A DNA stretch of 62,198 nucleotides, the filler included, from Bonamia ostreae (taxonomy: Eukaryota): assembly GCA_040357525.1 (NCBI GenBank). It is 8 parts of 8 records of this genome, joined end to end, with 100 filler letters (N's around TTAATTAATTAA, not from the genome) between each part and the next. Parts side by side here need not be neighbours in the genome. Positions count along the whole stretch, not along the records: positions 46,964 to 54,533 come from JBDODL010000075.1; positions 54,634 to 62,198 come from JBDODL010000076.1; 6 more parts are not named here. One strand, written 5' to 3'. Numbering within the stretch: the stretch's first letter is position 1; the number at the start of each line of letters is the position of its first letter. The translations under genes were made by a program, and so were the position numbers. Shown here in pieces: positions 50,926 to 62,198 of the stretch. Below the pieces are notes generated by a model. That model did no database searches. It was not told the DNA's origin and saw only the letters and a list, made by a program, of their open reading frames with translations.

Positions 50926-53124
50926 TCAACGAGCTTTCCGCTTAAATTTTCGATGGATTTTCAATTTCAATCTTTTGCTGTGTTTCCCTGCTATTTTTCT
51001 TTTCTGTGCTTGGCTTCGCCGCGATTTGGTGCGAACTGCTTCGCTATATTTAGTCAATTTGAAGTTTTTGAATCGTTTTTTGTCTTCATTTGTGGCGCCA
51101 GCAGCTTTTTTCGCTTTCTTGTGGCTTTCCTTCAATTTTTGTCTGTCTTTTTTATTCTTTATTCCTATTTCCAAATCTTTCTTTTCCACTGGAAATTCTG
51201 GCGTTATTTTGTCTTCTTCGGCTAAAATTTAATATAATTTATTTTTTTTTCGTTAAAACAATAAAATTGAATTTTAGAACAGCAAAAATTATTTTTAATA
51301 AAAACAATAAATTGAATTTTGGATAATATTTAAAAACAATTGTCAGAACTATCCGATTGAACAACATCGACTTCTTTGGAAACACAAATTCGACCGCGAT
51401 TTTTTTTGCTTAGCAAAGCCGGGTTGACTTGCCTATACAGCGATAGCAGTCCTTTCGCAGCCATTGCGACAGGCTTCGAATGTGAAGTTTTGTATTGACA
51501 CAAATCCGCTAACATTGTTTTGTCCATTGCCATCGGCTGCCTCGAACATATTTCTCTTATCGTATTTAAACCGATCGCTTTATTTTTCGCAATTTAATTT
51601 TGTAAAAATTGTGTTTAATTTTCGCAAAATAAAATTTTAATGTCCTAAAATTATTTTTCCGAGAAGCCTAAAAACTCATAACTGCCACATCGCTTCGGTC
51701 TGTCACAAAATTGTGCGCCAAAACGGCCAGAACCGGTTCCAATTCTTCTTTTTCCACGCCTGAATGAATGCTTTGCGCCAAAGCGGACAAAACCGCAGAG
51801 ACGTTTTTCTGGTGCGGCTGCAAGTACCTCTGCAAAAAGGACAGGAATCCCGGCAGCATCAGGCAATGACAACTCAGCACTCGCGACAACAGTTTCATCA
51901 ACAAAATCTTCATTTCAAAGCCGTCTCGGCAATTTTTAAGCTTTTTAAAAAGCTTTTCGGAGAAAGAGAGAGGATCGTTTAATGACCGAATGGGCCCAAA
52001 ATCGACGTTGTTGTTGTTGTTCGTTTTTGGGTTGTTTTCGCTATCAGTTAAGTTTTCGTCCATTTTCGAGAGTTTTTCGGATTTTGTTTTCAGTTTTTTG
52101 AGTTTTTTGCTTCGTTTTATTTTCCGTTTGTTGACTTTTTGGGAGATCGAAAGTGATTTTCGCTGCTCTGAGAACCGTTCTTTGGCTATTTTGCGGTCCA
52201 GAATTTGTTTAGAAGAGAAAGCGTTGAATTCGCCGAGCAAAAATTTTGCGGCGTTTTTAGTCAATGGCGAAAAGCGGGAGAAACAGCAGTTTGCGATTAT
52301 GTTGGCGATGTGTGCGTTCCTCCATTGAGCTGAAGAGTCTTGTATGTAAAGTTTGGCGATGATTGACAGAGACTTTTTTGCCAACGAGGGATTGTCGGAA
52401 GAAGTCTGCGTTGTCAAGAATTTGGTGAAACCGCTCAATTTAAAGCCGGTTTTGTTGTTTCGGAGATAGTTGGTCAGATGAGAAAATATGAGAGATTTTA
52501 GGGCTTTGTCGGTTATGTTGAAGAGATCGAAAATTTTCTGGAAATAGGCAAAGTTGTTGAAGATGTTTTTATTGTGCAGGAAAATAGCCGATTTTGCTAT
52601 TGAAAGTCGTATTTCCGGTGTTGTCGTCTGAACAGATTAAATTTGTTGTTGTTATTTTATTTGATTAATTGATGCAAAAAATTGATTAAATGTAAAGAAA
52701 TATGATAAAAAATATTTTAACTGTAAAAAATAAAGTTATTTGAAAAGATAAAAATAAAGTTGTTTAAAGAGAAAAAAAAATGATTGACAATATAATAGTT
52801 TTTTAAAAAGGAAAAAGAGAAAACCTGCATAAAGGCCAAATTTTCTATCAATTCGGTAATTGAATTTGGAAAATTGGTGCTAATTTTATCATCTATTGAG
52901 AAAATCTTTTAGCTTAAATAAAAATTTACTTTCGTTGAAAATGCCAACAAGAGTGAAAAATTGTCTGGAAGACTGATTTTTGACGTTTGCAAGTTTGAAC
53001 TGACTTTAATGATCTCTAGAGTGGCTTCAAACCTCCTCAACTGCAATTCGACGTCAGTGCTGCAGTTTTCCGGAAACTGCCTAAAATTTTTAACAAGATC
53101 GTTCAATTCTTCAAAATCCGTCAT
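50926..53124 (-). CDS. SDA1: SDA1 ribosome biogenesis protein
   Basis: LQRYLQPHQKNV, LAHNFVTDR, GLNTIREICSRQP, LLSLYRQVNPALLSKKNRGR and C-terminal TNEDKKRFKNF. Confidence 0.93.
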
Positions 53125-53366
53125 TCAAGCTTAATTTAAGAATTCTAAAATTAAATATTATTTAGACAATTTGATAAAGTGAATACTAAATTTAAAAATA
53201 GACGAATTTGCTTTACATAAAGAAAACAATATCAAATCAATAATGCGTTTATATTAAAAGTTTTATTTTTGTTAAAGTTGCCGAAAAAAGAATCCTTGGA
53301 ATACCAAAACAAACTCGAGATTTCGAATTAACTAATTTCAATATAAAAACTAAAACTATAAAATAA

Positions 53367-53883
53367 ATGACTTCCACCGCGATGGTCCAATATCCGATAA
53401 ATAGAAAGTTAACCGTTCCAGACGACAAAAGGATAAACTGCCCAAAACATAAAATAAGCTTTTTGGATCCTCCGACAAAAAGACGTAGATTCTTACGCAT
53501 CGACAAAAACGCTTCCTGTAGAAAACCGAAAAACGACATAAATTCTTCCACAGCATTTAAAAAAGCTTCAAAAAGAGTCCGCGACGAAATATGTTTTGCT
53601 AATTTAACTAAAAACAGCAACTGCAAAACTGAAATGGCCGGAAAAGTTTTTGAAAAAGTCTGAAGGCGACAAAACTAAAAGAGTTTACACTGCAAACGAT
53701 GTCGACGAAATTTTGGGGACGGTCACTGCCGAAGTTTACGAAGAAATCGAAAGACGGCTCTCTTTCGAATTCGAAATGGTTCTAAGACAAAAATTGGATG
53801 AGCAACTGCGCCAGTTCCGCCAATTCAGCAAAGATAATTTTGCGAAGGCTTATGGAGAACACTCTTTGAAATATATCTCGTAA
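53367..53883 (+). CDS. AKIRIN: Akirin
   Basis: PTKRRR NLS-like motif; the C-terminus EFEMVLRQKLDEQLRQFRQFSKDNFAKAYGEHSLKYIS* matches Akirin (EYE.IL..KL.EQ...F..F..D......SYVS). Intron 53593-53617 joins the two ORFs. Confidence 0.82.
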
Positions 53884-54251
53884 AAACTAAATATTTTCGT
53901 ATTTTTGTTTTTTTGCTTTAATTCTTTCCGAAGACAATTTGTTTCGTAAAAACTTCGTTTTCACTATTTTCGTTTTTAGATTTTCCCGTTAAAGTTGTTT
54001 TAAAAACGGAAAATCCTTTGAAACGGAAAGAAATTTTTTTAGAACAAACATTAAAGTTGATAAAAGCAAAAGTAGTCAAACTTTCAAAATACTTTAAACA
54101 AAAAAGTTTTTTCGATAAAATTTAAATTTTTCGAAGATTCGTCGTTTGGGGATTTTATCCATTCGAGAAAAATTCTGCGTTAGACAAAGAGAAAGTTAGC
54201 ATTTAAACATTTAATTACATATTAGAGCGATAAAGAATATACGAAAACAAT

Positions 54252-54533
54252 ATGGAAAGACAACCACAATTGAAAAATATAACGAAGATGGCAGGTGGAC
54301 ATTACTTGCCACAAGGGAACATGCATCCAGTTAGCAGTCAGCCCTTGATCAATCTGCCAATTGCAAATGTTCACACGATTATGAAAAAGTTTGCAACATC
54401 GATTTTAGAATTTGATAAGAAAAATCATTTTTATTAAAAATGTAATTGTAATACGAAAAAAAGAGCGCTTTGCAAAAACGCCAAAATATCCCGCGAAACC
54501 AAACATCTTATGCAAGATTTCGCAACAGACTTC
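54252..54533 (+). CDS. NF-YB/HAP3-like histone-fold protein, 5' fragment
   Basis: LPIANVHTIMKK / ALCKNAKISRETKHLMQDFATDF resembles LPIANV.RIMK.ALP.NAKISKDAKE.VQECVSEF. Confidence 0.8.
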
Positions 54534-54633
54534 NNNNNNNNNNNNNNNNNNNNNNNNNNNNNNNNNNNNNNNNNNNNTTAATTAATTAANNNNNNNNNNN
54601 NNNNNNNNNNNNNNNNNNNNNNNNNNNNNNNNN

Positions 54634-57016
54634 TTTCAAAAACCCAAATTTTGATAAAAATTCGTAAAAAAAAATTTGTCAAAAACTAAATTTCGAAAAG
54701 CAAATTTTGGCAAAAATTCGCAAATGTTAAAAACTAAATTTCGAAAAGCAAATTTTGATAAAAATTCGTAGAAAATTGTCGAAAACAATTCGTCAAAAAA
54801 CTTGAATCTGCCCCGGCAACGCAATGACAGGATTTTTGAGCGGCAACAACTTTTCATCCAAACGCTCAATCTTGGTATCCAATGCTAAAGGCTTCAAAGC
54901 GTGCTCAATAAAAGTAATCAGATCGTCTTTCGCTTTTTGAGTCTGTTTCAATTTATTTTTGGCGATAATTTGTTCCGTCCGATTATTTTTGGTCTTCCCT
55001 TTTTTGCCTTTTTTCTTCGTTTTTGTGCCTTTTCCCTCTTTTTCCTCGCTTTTAGATTCGCCCAAATCTTCCACTACAACGTCTCTCAAAACTATTTTGG
55101 GCTGCACAAGACTTTCCGAGTATTTTTTCATGAAAGCGTAGAATTTTATGCGGTTAATGCCTTCCAAGCGGATTTTTTCTTGGTCCGTCTCCCATTTTTT
55201 GTTCATCTCGGCATCTTTTATTTCGCTCTCTAACTCGTCTAGAAATAAAAATTTACCATTTTTATGTCCAAATTTTTAGCTTAAAGAAAAGTTTGGTAAA
55301 ATCGATCACTAAAAAATCGCCATTAAAAATTGTCAAATTATCCAAAAGTCGAATAACCGCAAATAAAAAGCTCTTTTTCAAGCTTTTCGTTATTGCCGGC
55401 GTTATCCGGATCGTCGAAAACCAAATTGTTTTCGTTCAAAAAATCGTTGATTTCGCTGCAAAGTGTTTCAGACGCGTCTCCGTCTATTTTTTGCAGCGAA
55501 AAGACAGAAGATCGACTGTTTTCGCCAAATTTAGACCGAAAATTGCTGTTTTGCAGCGATTTCGCAAAACTGGCTAAAACCGCTTTTTGGTCCCTCCACA
55601 AAGAACCCATTTTGTCTAAATCCGAATTTACAAAATTTTCGGACAAAAGGGATTTCATCTTAAAGAAAAATCGAGCTTTAGAATAATAATTGTGACGAAA
55701 AAACAATCGACGATATCGCACATTCGCGACTTTTCTTCGGAATCGAAAATTTCAAAAGAATCGAAGATCGCTGAACAGATCTGATTTAAGAAATCGCTGT
55801 CGGCTTCGGTCCAATCGAAATCGCATTTGATTTGTTTTGAAATAACAGCTCTCGTCTTCAAAGACAAGTTGTTTTTGATAATTGTCGCGGTCGCAAACAT
55901 TTGACAGTTTTCTCTTAATTTTTCGGTTGCGTCCTTTTTCGAGAGCAACATATTTATTCCGAAAGCGACGGGGACAAAAGATTTGTCATTTTTTAACGTT
56001 CTTCTCGTTTCTTCTAAAACTTTGAAAATTTGGTCGTTTTCGTTTTTATTCGAAGCAACGCCATTTTTGTCGAAAATTTTGTCGTTTTCGTTTTTATTCG
56101 AAACGACGCCATTTTTGGCCGGTTTCGGCAAAATTTGAATGGAATCGGTTCTGACGGACAAGAACTGCTGCACTCCAGAAAAAATCTCGAAAACAAAGCC
56201 GTAGAGAGCGTTACTGAAGAAAAAAAGCTCTTCGGTGCGTACACATTGAACTTTTTTCCCGAAGAGGATCAAAGCGAAGCCTCTAATGAAATGTAGCAAT
56301 TTTGCGTCCGCGGCGTCTAACGAGCAACCCGAAATACAGACGAAAGCCGGATCCACTAGAGCGAGATTGTCTCGCCACGAATCCGAGTGCCAATTTTCGA
56401 ACTCTTTTAGTTTTATCAGTTTTTGCTTCTTGAAATTGTCTATGAGGATGCGGCGGGCGAGTTTTTTTACGGGGGAACGGTAAAGTTTTTCGGCGCTCCG
56501 AAAAACGTGAATTTCGAGTCGGCGATGGCCGGACCGAAGTTGCGAAACGAATTTTTCGAAGGCGAAAACGAGTGGGAGGAATTGCTGATTTTGCGCTTTA
56601 AAGTTTTCGACGAGAGGATGTTGGACGAGATTTAGGAAAAGGGAGTCGAACTCGACGACGATTGTTCTGTTGGTATCGTGGCCGATTTGTTTGTAGCCGA
56701 AATCGGCGATTTCGAAAATTCGTTTTCGAGTCGCTTCCGAATTCAAGTCGAGAAGGCCATTTTCGGCCATTTTGTTGAGAAAGTTGACCGCTTTTTCTTC
56801 GTTTTCGAAACGGGGAAAGTCGTCGTCATCGACGAAAACAGACTTTTCCGGATCGGTTGAAATGTGTTCTAGATGTGGAATTATTTCGGTCAAGTCCCAG
56901 CGCTTTTGGTTTTGCTCTGTTTTCAGTTCGGTTTTGTCGGTTTCCGAAACAGCGCTTTCTTCCGAAGAGCTGGAATAGTCTATTTCTTCCCAGTTGTCTT
57001 CACTTTCGCTAGACAT
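54634..57016 (-). CDS. DDX60-like (Ski2 family) helicase, N-terminal part; helicase core beyond the contig end
   Basis: VVEFDSLFL, QFLPLVFAFEKFVSQL, LARRILI, FYAFMKKYSESL and KKKGKK..EQIIAKN resemble the DDX60 N-terminal region. No helicase motifs lie in the window. Confidence 0.6.
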
Positions 57017-57455
57017 CTTTTTAGTTTTATGAGCTTATGTTAATTAGTTTAGCGTTTTGCGATAGTTTTGGTCGGTGTTTACGACTAAATTTTACAAGTT
57101 TTGGAATGGTTATCACATTTAAATCGCTAATTGTCTTTGATAAAACCTTAGCCAATTTAAAGTTTTTGACGAGAAAAAATTTTAAAACGTTGTCGCATTG
57201 AAAACACCCCAAAATCCATTGCTTCAGTTAAATCATCCCAAATTTTACAAGTTGATTATTTTGGTAGAAGCATTATTTAAAAATTGTAACAATGTCTTTC
57301 AAGTTTTAAAATTAATCTTGAAAAATTTATGGTTTGACTTTATTGTTGTGAAAATGATAATAAAACTCAAAAATTTTTAAATGATAATCAACAAATTTTT
57401 TAAGTTTATTTATACAATCATCAATGAAACTCTCCTTTCGATTTTTTAATGAGGA

Positions 57456-58176
57456 TTAGATGACAATAAATTGACATGCACATTTTATTTGTTTAAATAA
57501 ACCGTTAATATGCTTCAATGTTTCATCTACAGTATGTATAAGTTTCTTTCTTTTCTCATCGACTTGTTCTTTCGCAATTCTTTTTTCTTCTTCGGATTCT
57601 GATTTTTCCTGTTACGACAATTTTATTTTGTTACAACCTTCTTTTGCATATTGCTTTTTGCCGTTTTCAACGCGTTTCTGTCTTTTAAAACAGTCGTGAA
57701 ATGTGTTTTCTCCAAGTACAAAAGTGGCTTGAAATATTCTTCTTCGATTTTGTTGAATTTCGTTGTTAACTCACTTTCGATTTGTTTGAATTCTGCCTTT
57801 CTCTAATTGTTTCAAAAAAGTGTTACCTTTTCACAGCATTGTGAAAAATTTGAAATGCTTAAAGGAGGCAGATCCTTTGAGGAATTATCCAAAAGCACTT
57901 CGAGTTTATTCATATCCGTCTGGAAAGCTACAGAAAGTCGAAAAATAAACTTTTCAAATGTGTGTACAATTTTGATTTTAATTTAATTTGTTGCGAAGCC
58001 ATATCCTTTAGTTTCTCGAGCGCCTTTTATTTTAGTCTTCTAAAAATGCAAACTGTGACTTTCTCTATGTAACATTATTTTATTTTACCTCCAAGTTCAC
58101 CTTCGCCTTCTTTCCATTTGCTGTCTGACGAAGAAGATCCTCCAGTGTATTTGCTCCAAGTTTTGCCAAATCCCAT
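57456..58176 (-). CDS. Helical coiled-coil protein, BAR-like (putative)
   Basis: Spliced by eye: MGFGKTWSKY...EEEYFKPLLYLEKTHFTTVLKDRNALKTAK...EEEKRIAKEQ. Confidence 0.35.
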
Positions 58177-58439
58177 TTGGTATTAAATGTTGACTTTAAA
58201 CTTTTCAAACAAACCTAACCGCAATTAATTTAAAATGGACAAATGCATAAAAACATCATAAACCGATTTTGGTAAAAACGAACTATATTAGCGTAATTAC
58301 GGTTGGAAAAAGCAATATTCAAACTTTAAAATGCTCTTCAAAATGAAAATAATCAAAATTTTAAATAATTTGAAAATGGCGATTTACATTTACTCTATTG
58401 ATGCGCCTTCAACGATCGTATCTAATTTTAACAAGAGAA

Positions 58440-59015
58440 AATTTTAAAAAATCATTGATCATATCAGAAATAAAAAATCATTGATCACAAACAAAAATTA
58501 AAAAACTCAAAGTTTCCATCAACTTTTCAATATTTTTTTCAAACTTTTCCAGCTCCTTTTCGACTTTCTCTTTAGCTTCCTCCTTTACAGCTTCACTCCC
58601 CTTTTTCTCAGCTTTTGTAAATTTGTCAAATGCCATTGCGAAATTTTGTCTGTTCGCTTTAATTTGACTAATGTCATCTTCCATCAAAGTTGAAATCTGT
58701 TTTGGGAAGCCCTCTTGAATAGCTTTCATCTCGTCATAATAAGTTTGGGATAGTCTGATAAAAGGTTCGTTTCTCTGTTTTTTGTAATTAACAAGTTTTG
58801 TAAAAATAATAAAATTTTCTAACTTGTTCACATCTTCTGACGTAAGCTTGAAGATCAAATTCAAAAGAAGGAAGCACAACACCGTTTATTGAACAAATCA
58901 TCGAGTGAATGTACTTTGCTTTTTTAAAAAATTTTTCATATTCGTTTTTCTTTTGGCCTACAACTTTAGACAACACGTCTACTGTCTAAATTTGACTTGT
59001 AATAAAAACATCCAT
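58440..59015 (-). CDS. Helical coiled-coil protein, BAR-like (putative)
   Basis: FPKQISTLMEDDISQIKANRQNFAMAFDKFTKAEKK...EEAKEKVEKELEKF. Confidence 0.35.
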
Positions 59016-59356
59016 TTTTTCTTTAAATTTATTAAAATTTGACAAATATCAACCTGCCAATTCTGGATAGGCACTTCTCCATTTGTCGGAAGGACCGCAG
59101 CAAGACATGCACAAAAATCCCATAAAGCAGCAGTTTTATTTTTAATTGTAAATTCGGTTAAATTTTATCCAATAAAGCTAAATTTTGGTTTGACTGATTA
59201 GTTTCGAATACGAAAAGACTAATTTTTGGATTGGCTGATTAGTTTCGAATACAAAAGACTAATTTTTGGTTTAATCATTAAATTCTATATTGTGTTTGCC
59301 GTTTCGACAAACCAAGTTAAATCATTAAATTTGGACGATACGAACTTTAAGTAAAA

Positions 59357-60069
59357 ATGACAGACGTTGAGTTGTTTGGAAGAAGTAAACCTTATTCTCC
59401 CCAATTGCAACAATATGGATGGAAGAGTAATTATCCCGACTTGTTCAGTTTTTAATTTAATTATTTTAGATGAAATTCAGGTTTGATTAAAAAAATGTAG
59501 CCAATTGAACATTTTGTTGAATTCGCTAATTTCGAGCAGAGGATTTTCACAGATTTATTTGCTAAAATAAATCAACAAGAAGAAAATACTAAAAAAATGG
59601 GCGAAAAAGTACCCATCGCGTTGGCCGAAAGTCCTTTACACAAATTAATCGAAAAATGCAAACAGGTTCAAACAAAATTAAAAATTAAACAATTTTTGTG
59701 AAGGTGGACGAAAAACTAAGAGAATTAACGAAACAATACAAAGAAGATTCAAAAAATTTCGCCAGAGAAAACATATTCCCATCGATTGAGACAACAAGTC
59801 CCATCGTCAGCGAATATTTGAGCAAAAGAGATAGATTTACAAACGCTTACGACAAAGTTTACGGAAGAGCAGATTACACTCCACAGACAAATATAGGAAC
59901 ACAGAATTACGGCGCCAACCAAAATCAAATGGCGACCAATTTTGGCGCACAAAATAACATGGGAAACAATTTACAGCCTTCGTTGGAAGAAGAACTCAGA
60001 AATGCAAAATTCGATTTCGAAAATTGTATTGGACCGATAAAACATAAAATAAGGAATCTTTGTTCTTGA
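59357..60069 (+). CDS. Helical coiled-coil protein, BAR-like (putative)
   Basis: ENIFPSIETTSPIVSEYLSKRDRFTNAYDK...EEELRNAKFDFE. Confidence 0.4.
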
Positions 60070-60136
60070 AGAATAAATGAGCAAAGGTATTGTTTAGATA
60101 ACGGAATGTGACAGTAATTTTGTAACAACTTAAATT

Positions 60137-62198
60137 TTATTCAACGGCGGCCAAAATATTCGTAACAAGAACACTTTTAGGTTCTTCAATACTTTCTTTT
60201 GGAGAATTGATTTTTTTGTGACTATTTTTGCCATCCAAAATTTCCTTTTTAATATCTGTTGCGACTTTTTCTCCAAAGCAATTTTCAAGTGACTTTAGAG
60301 TTGTTTCAATCGATTTTGAGAACAATTTGAGGGATGTCTTGTATCTTCCTTCAGCAATTTGGTATTTCGACTGTGCATTGTAATATTTTGGAGTCGATTT
60401 GTCATGTTGAACTTTTTCAAATTGTTTTTTCTGTCAATACTGGTAACAAAACCTTTTTAAGAAGATATTTTTTATCCTTTACAAAATTTTCTTTGCTATT
60501 TTGAATATTTCTAAGTTCACTAGTTCGCATAATCATAATTTTATTGAAGTATGTAACACCAAGTTGATGAAAAGTATCTTCGAACTTAACAATATGTTCA
60601 TCAAATCTTTCCATTTTCTAGATTTTTTAACATTTATCTCAAACTTTTTTATTCGTTTGTGCGAAATGTGTATAAAAAGTACTGTTGCCAGCGATTTTAT
60701 CTACTTCAAACTCTATTTCTTTTTTAAATCTCAAAAATTCTTTTTGTTTTATTGCAAAAACTTTCTAAAAGATTTTTCATATTTTTCCCGTTTTTTTCAA
60801 TTTTCGATAACGATTTGTTTAACAAGATAAGTTTCTTTTTATTTTGAAACAGACACATCAAACAAATTTTTTTTTAAAATTCTAATCGAAACAATAATAT
60901 TGTTGCGATTTTTACCTTATATTTATCGACCATCTCTGGATTCTCTCCTTCAAGATATTTATCTCTGCAATTTTATCAAACATAATATTTTTTGTGTGAA
61001 TAAAAATAGAACGTATTTTTGAAGGATTTGAAGAATTTATTCATTTTTGTATTGATAATTCAGAAATGTGTTAATAATATTTCCACAAAATAGTTTTTGG
61101 ACAATATAATTAAATTATAAAAATTGTTCATTTATGTTTACTCAATTTTAATGGAACCAAAATCTTTTTCATCCATTTTCATAAAAACAGATTCGATTAA
61201 TTGGTTAAGCAAATCTAAAGTAGAATGGTAAAACATGGAAACAGTTCTGAATTTGTTCTCCAATTTTTTATATTTTAAATTTTCTTTGTCAGTATTTTCA
61301 TTTGCGTTCTTTTTCTCCAATTTCTTTTTCTATTGAATTATTATTGATTTTAAACATATTTTAAATAGTTTTTTCTCTTCTTTAATAAAATTTTTCGTTT
61401 TCTTTTTATTTGAGCGATATCATCCAAAAAAGGATAAAAAATATTTTGGAAAAAAGACATTTTTGTCGATTCCACAGAATTGTTAAAATCTGCGTAATAT
61501 TGATTTATTGCGCTCATTTTCTTGTTTTTATATTTTATAAAACATTTTTTGTATTGGTGACATAAACTGTCGAAAATTCACTTAAAACGCTAAATTTTAG
61601 TACTGATTCGTTTATTTCATTGTTCAGTTGATTCACTTCTTTATATTTTATCCATTAAAATTTTGTAACTTTTATATTTAATCAAAGACGACTAAAATCA
61701 GATATTTTAAACTATTTAAATTCTTCGTCATTTTAATGTAACGCTTTTTAATAGCTTTAGCATATTGTTCAAACAAAATTAATTTTTCATATTTTTCGTC
61801 TAAATCAGTTTGTTCTGTCGAATCAATTTTTCTGTTTGTTTAATCGAAAAACTTGTTGGAAAACAAATTTACCATTTCAATCGCGTTTTGTCTATTAAAA
61901 CTGGAATCTCTAGAATCAATGCATTCTTCAATAACCATTTTTACTGATTTACAAGTAATTTTTTGCCTGGAATTTTTAATGTCATTTAGTAATGCAAATA
62001 ATATTTACAATGATGTGCAAATAATGAAACAAAACTTACAAGATTTACAACTTTCTCGTCAAAGAAGAAAGGAAAAAGTTTGAAAAATCTATCACATAAA
62101 AATTTTATAATTGAATCATTTTTAGAAAATTAACAATTTGAAATTTTAACGAAAATTATTTTTAATAATTTAAACGAAGAATTTTAAACGAAAAATAA
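60137..62198 (-). CDS. AT-rich coiled-coil hypothetical gene(s); boundaries unclear
   Basis: Minus-strand ORFs 61138-61320, 60417-60614 and 60137-60325. Confidence 0.3.

Noticed and set aside
59180-59272. Two-copy roughly 42-nt direct repeat (ctgattagtttcgaatac..aaagactaatttttgg) between divergent genes
   Set aside because: Consistent with the local slippage duplications common in this genome; no evidence of function.

Overview
This is AT-rich, very gene-dense eukaryotic nuclear DNA, not prokaryotic. It is not one locus: eight roughly 7.6-7.9 kb contigs, in decreasing length order, are joined by artificial N..TTAATTAATTAA..N linkers, so only neighbours within a contig are meaningful. Genes are split by many tiny GT-AG introns (mostly 19-27 nt, often GTT...AAG), which is why the ORF track is fragmented. 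Recognisable genes: p24/TMED, PUS3/TruA, a very divergent Raptor, a RhoGAP, UTP20, BLTP2/Hobbit, mitochondrial DnaJ, a GH19 chitinase, three short collagen-like proteins, a YqgF-like protein, CENP-C, a VWA plus sushi-like membrane adhesin, RPN12, RPL35A, a secreted kringle plus PAN protein, OTU1, RPB4, BRK1, SDA1, Akirin, NF-YB and a DDX60-like helicase. There is also a Tc1/mariner-type MITE. Compaction, tiny introns, divergent proteins and retained mitochondrial presequences suggest a reduced parasitic protist, possibly an ascetosporean/haplosporidian such as Bonamia (inference only). The best candidates for new biology are the single-contig cluster of a GH19 chitinase with three Cys-containing, signal-less mini-collagens, the TRAP-like VWA/sushi adhesin, and the ultrasmall-intron system with atypical splice-site consensus. 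All family calls come from motifs recognised by eye; no searches were run.
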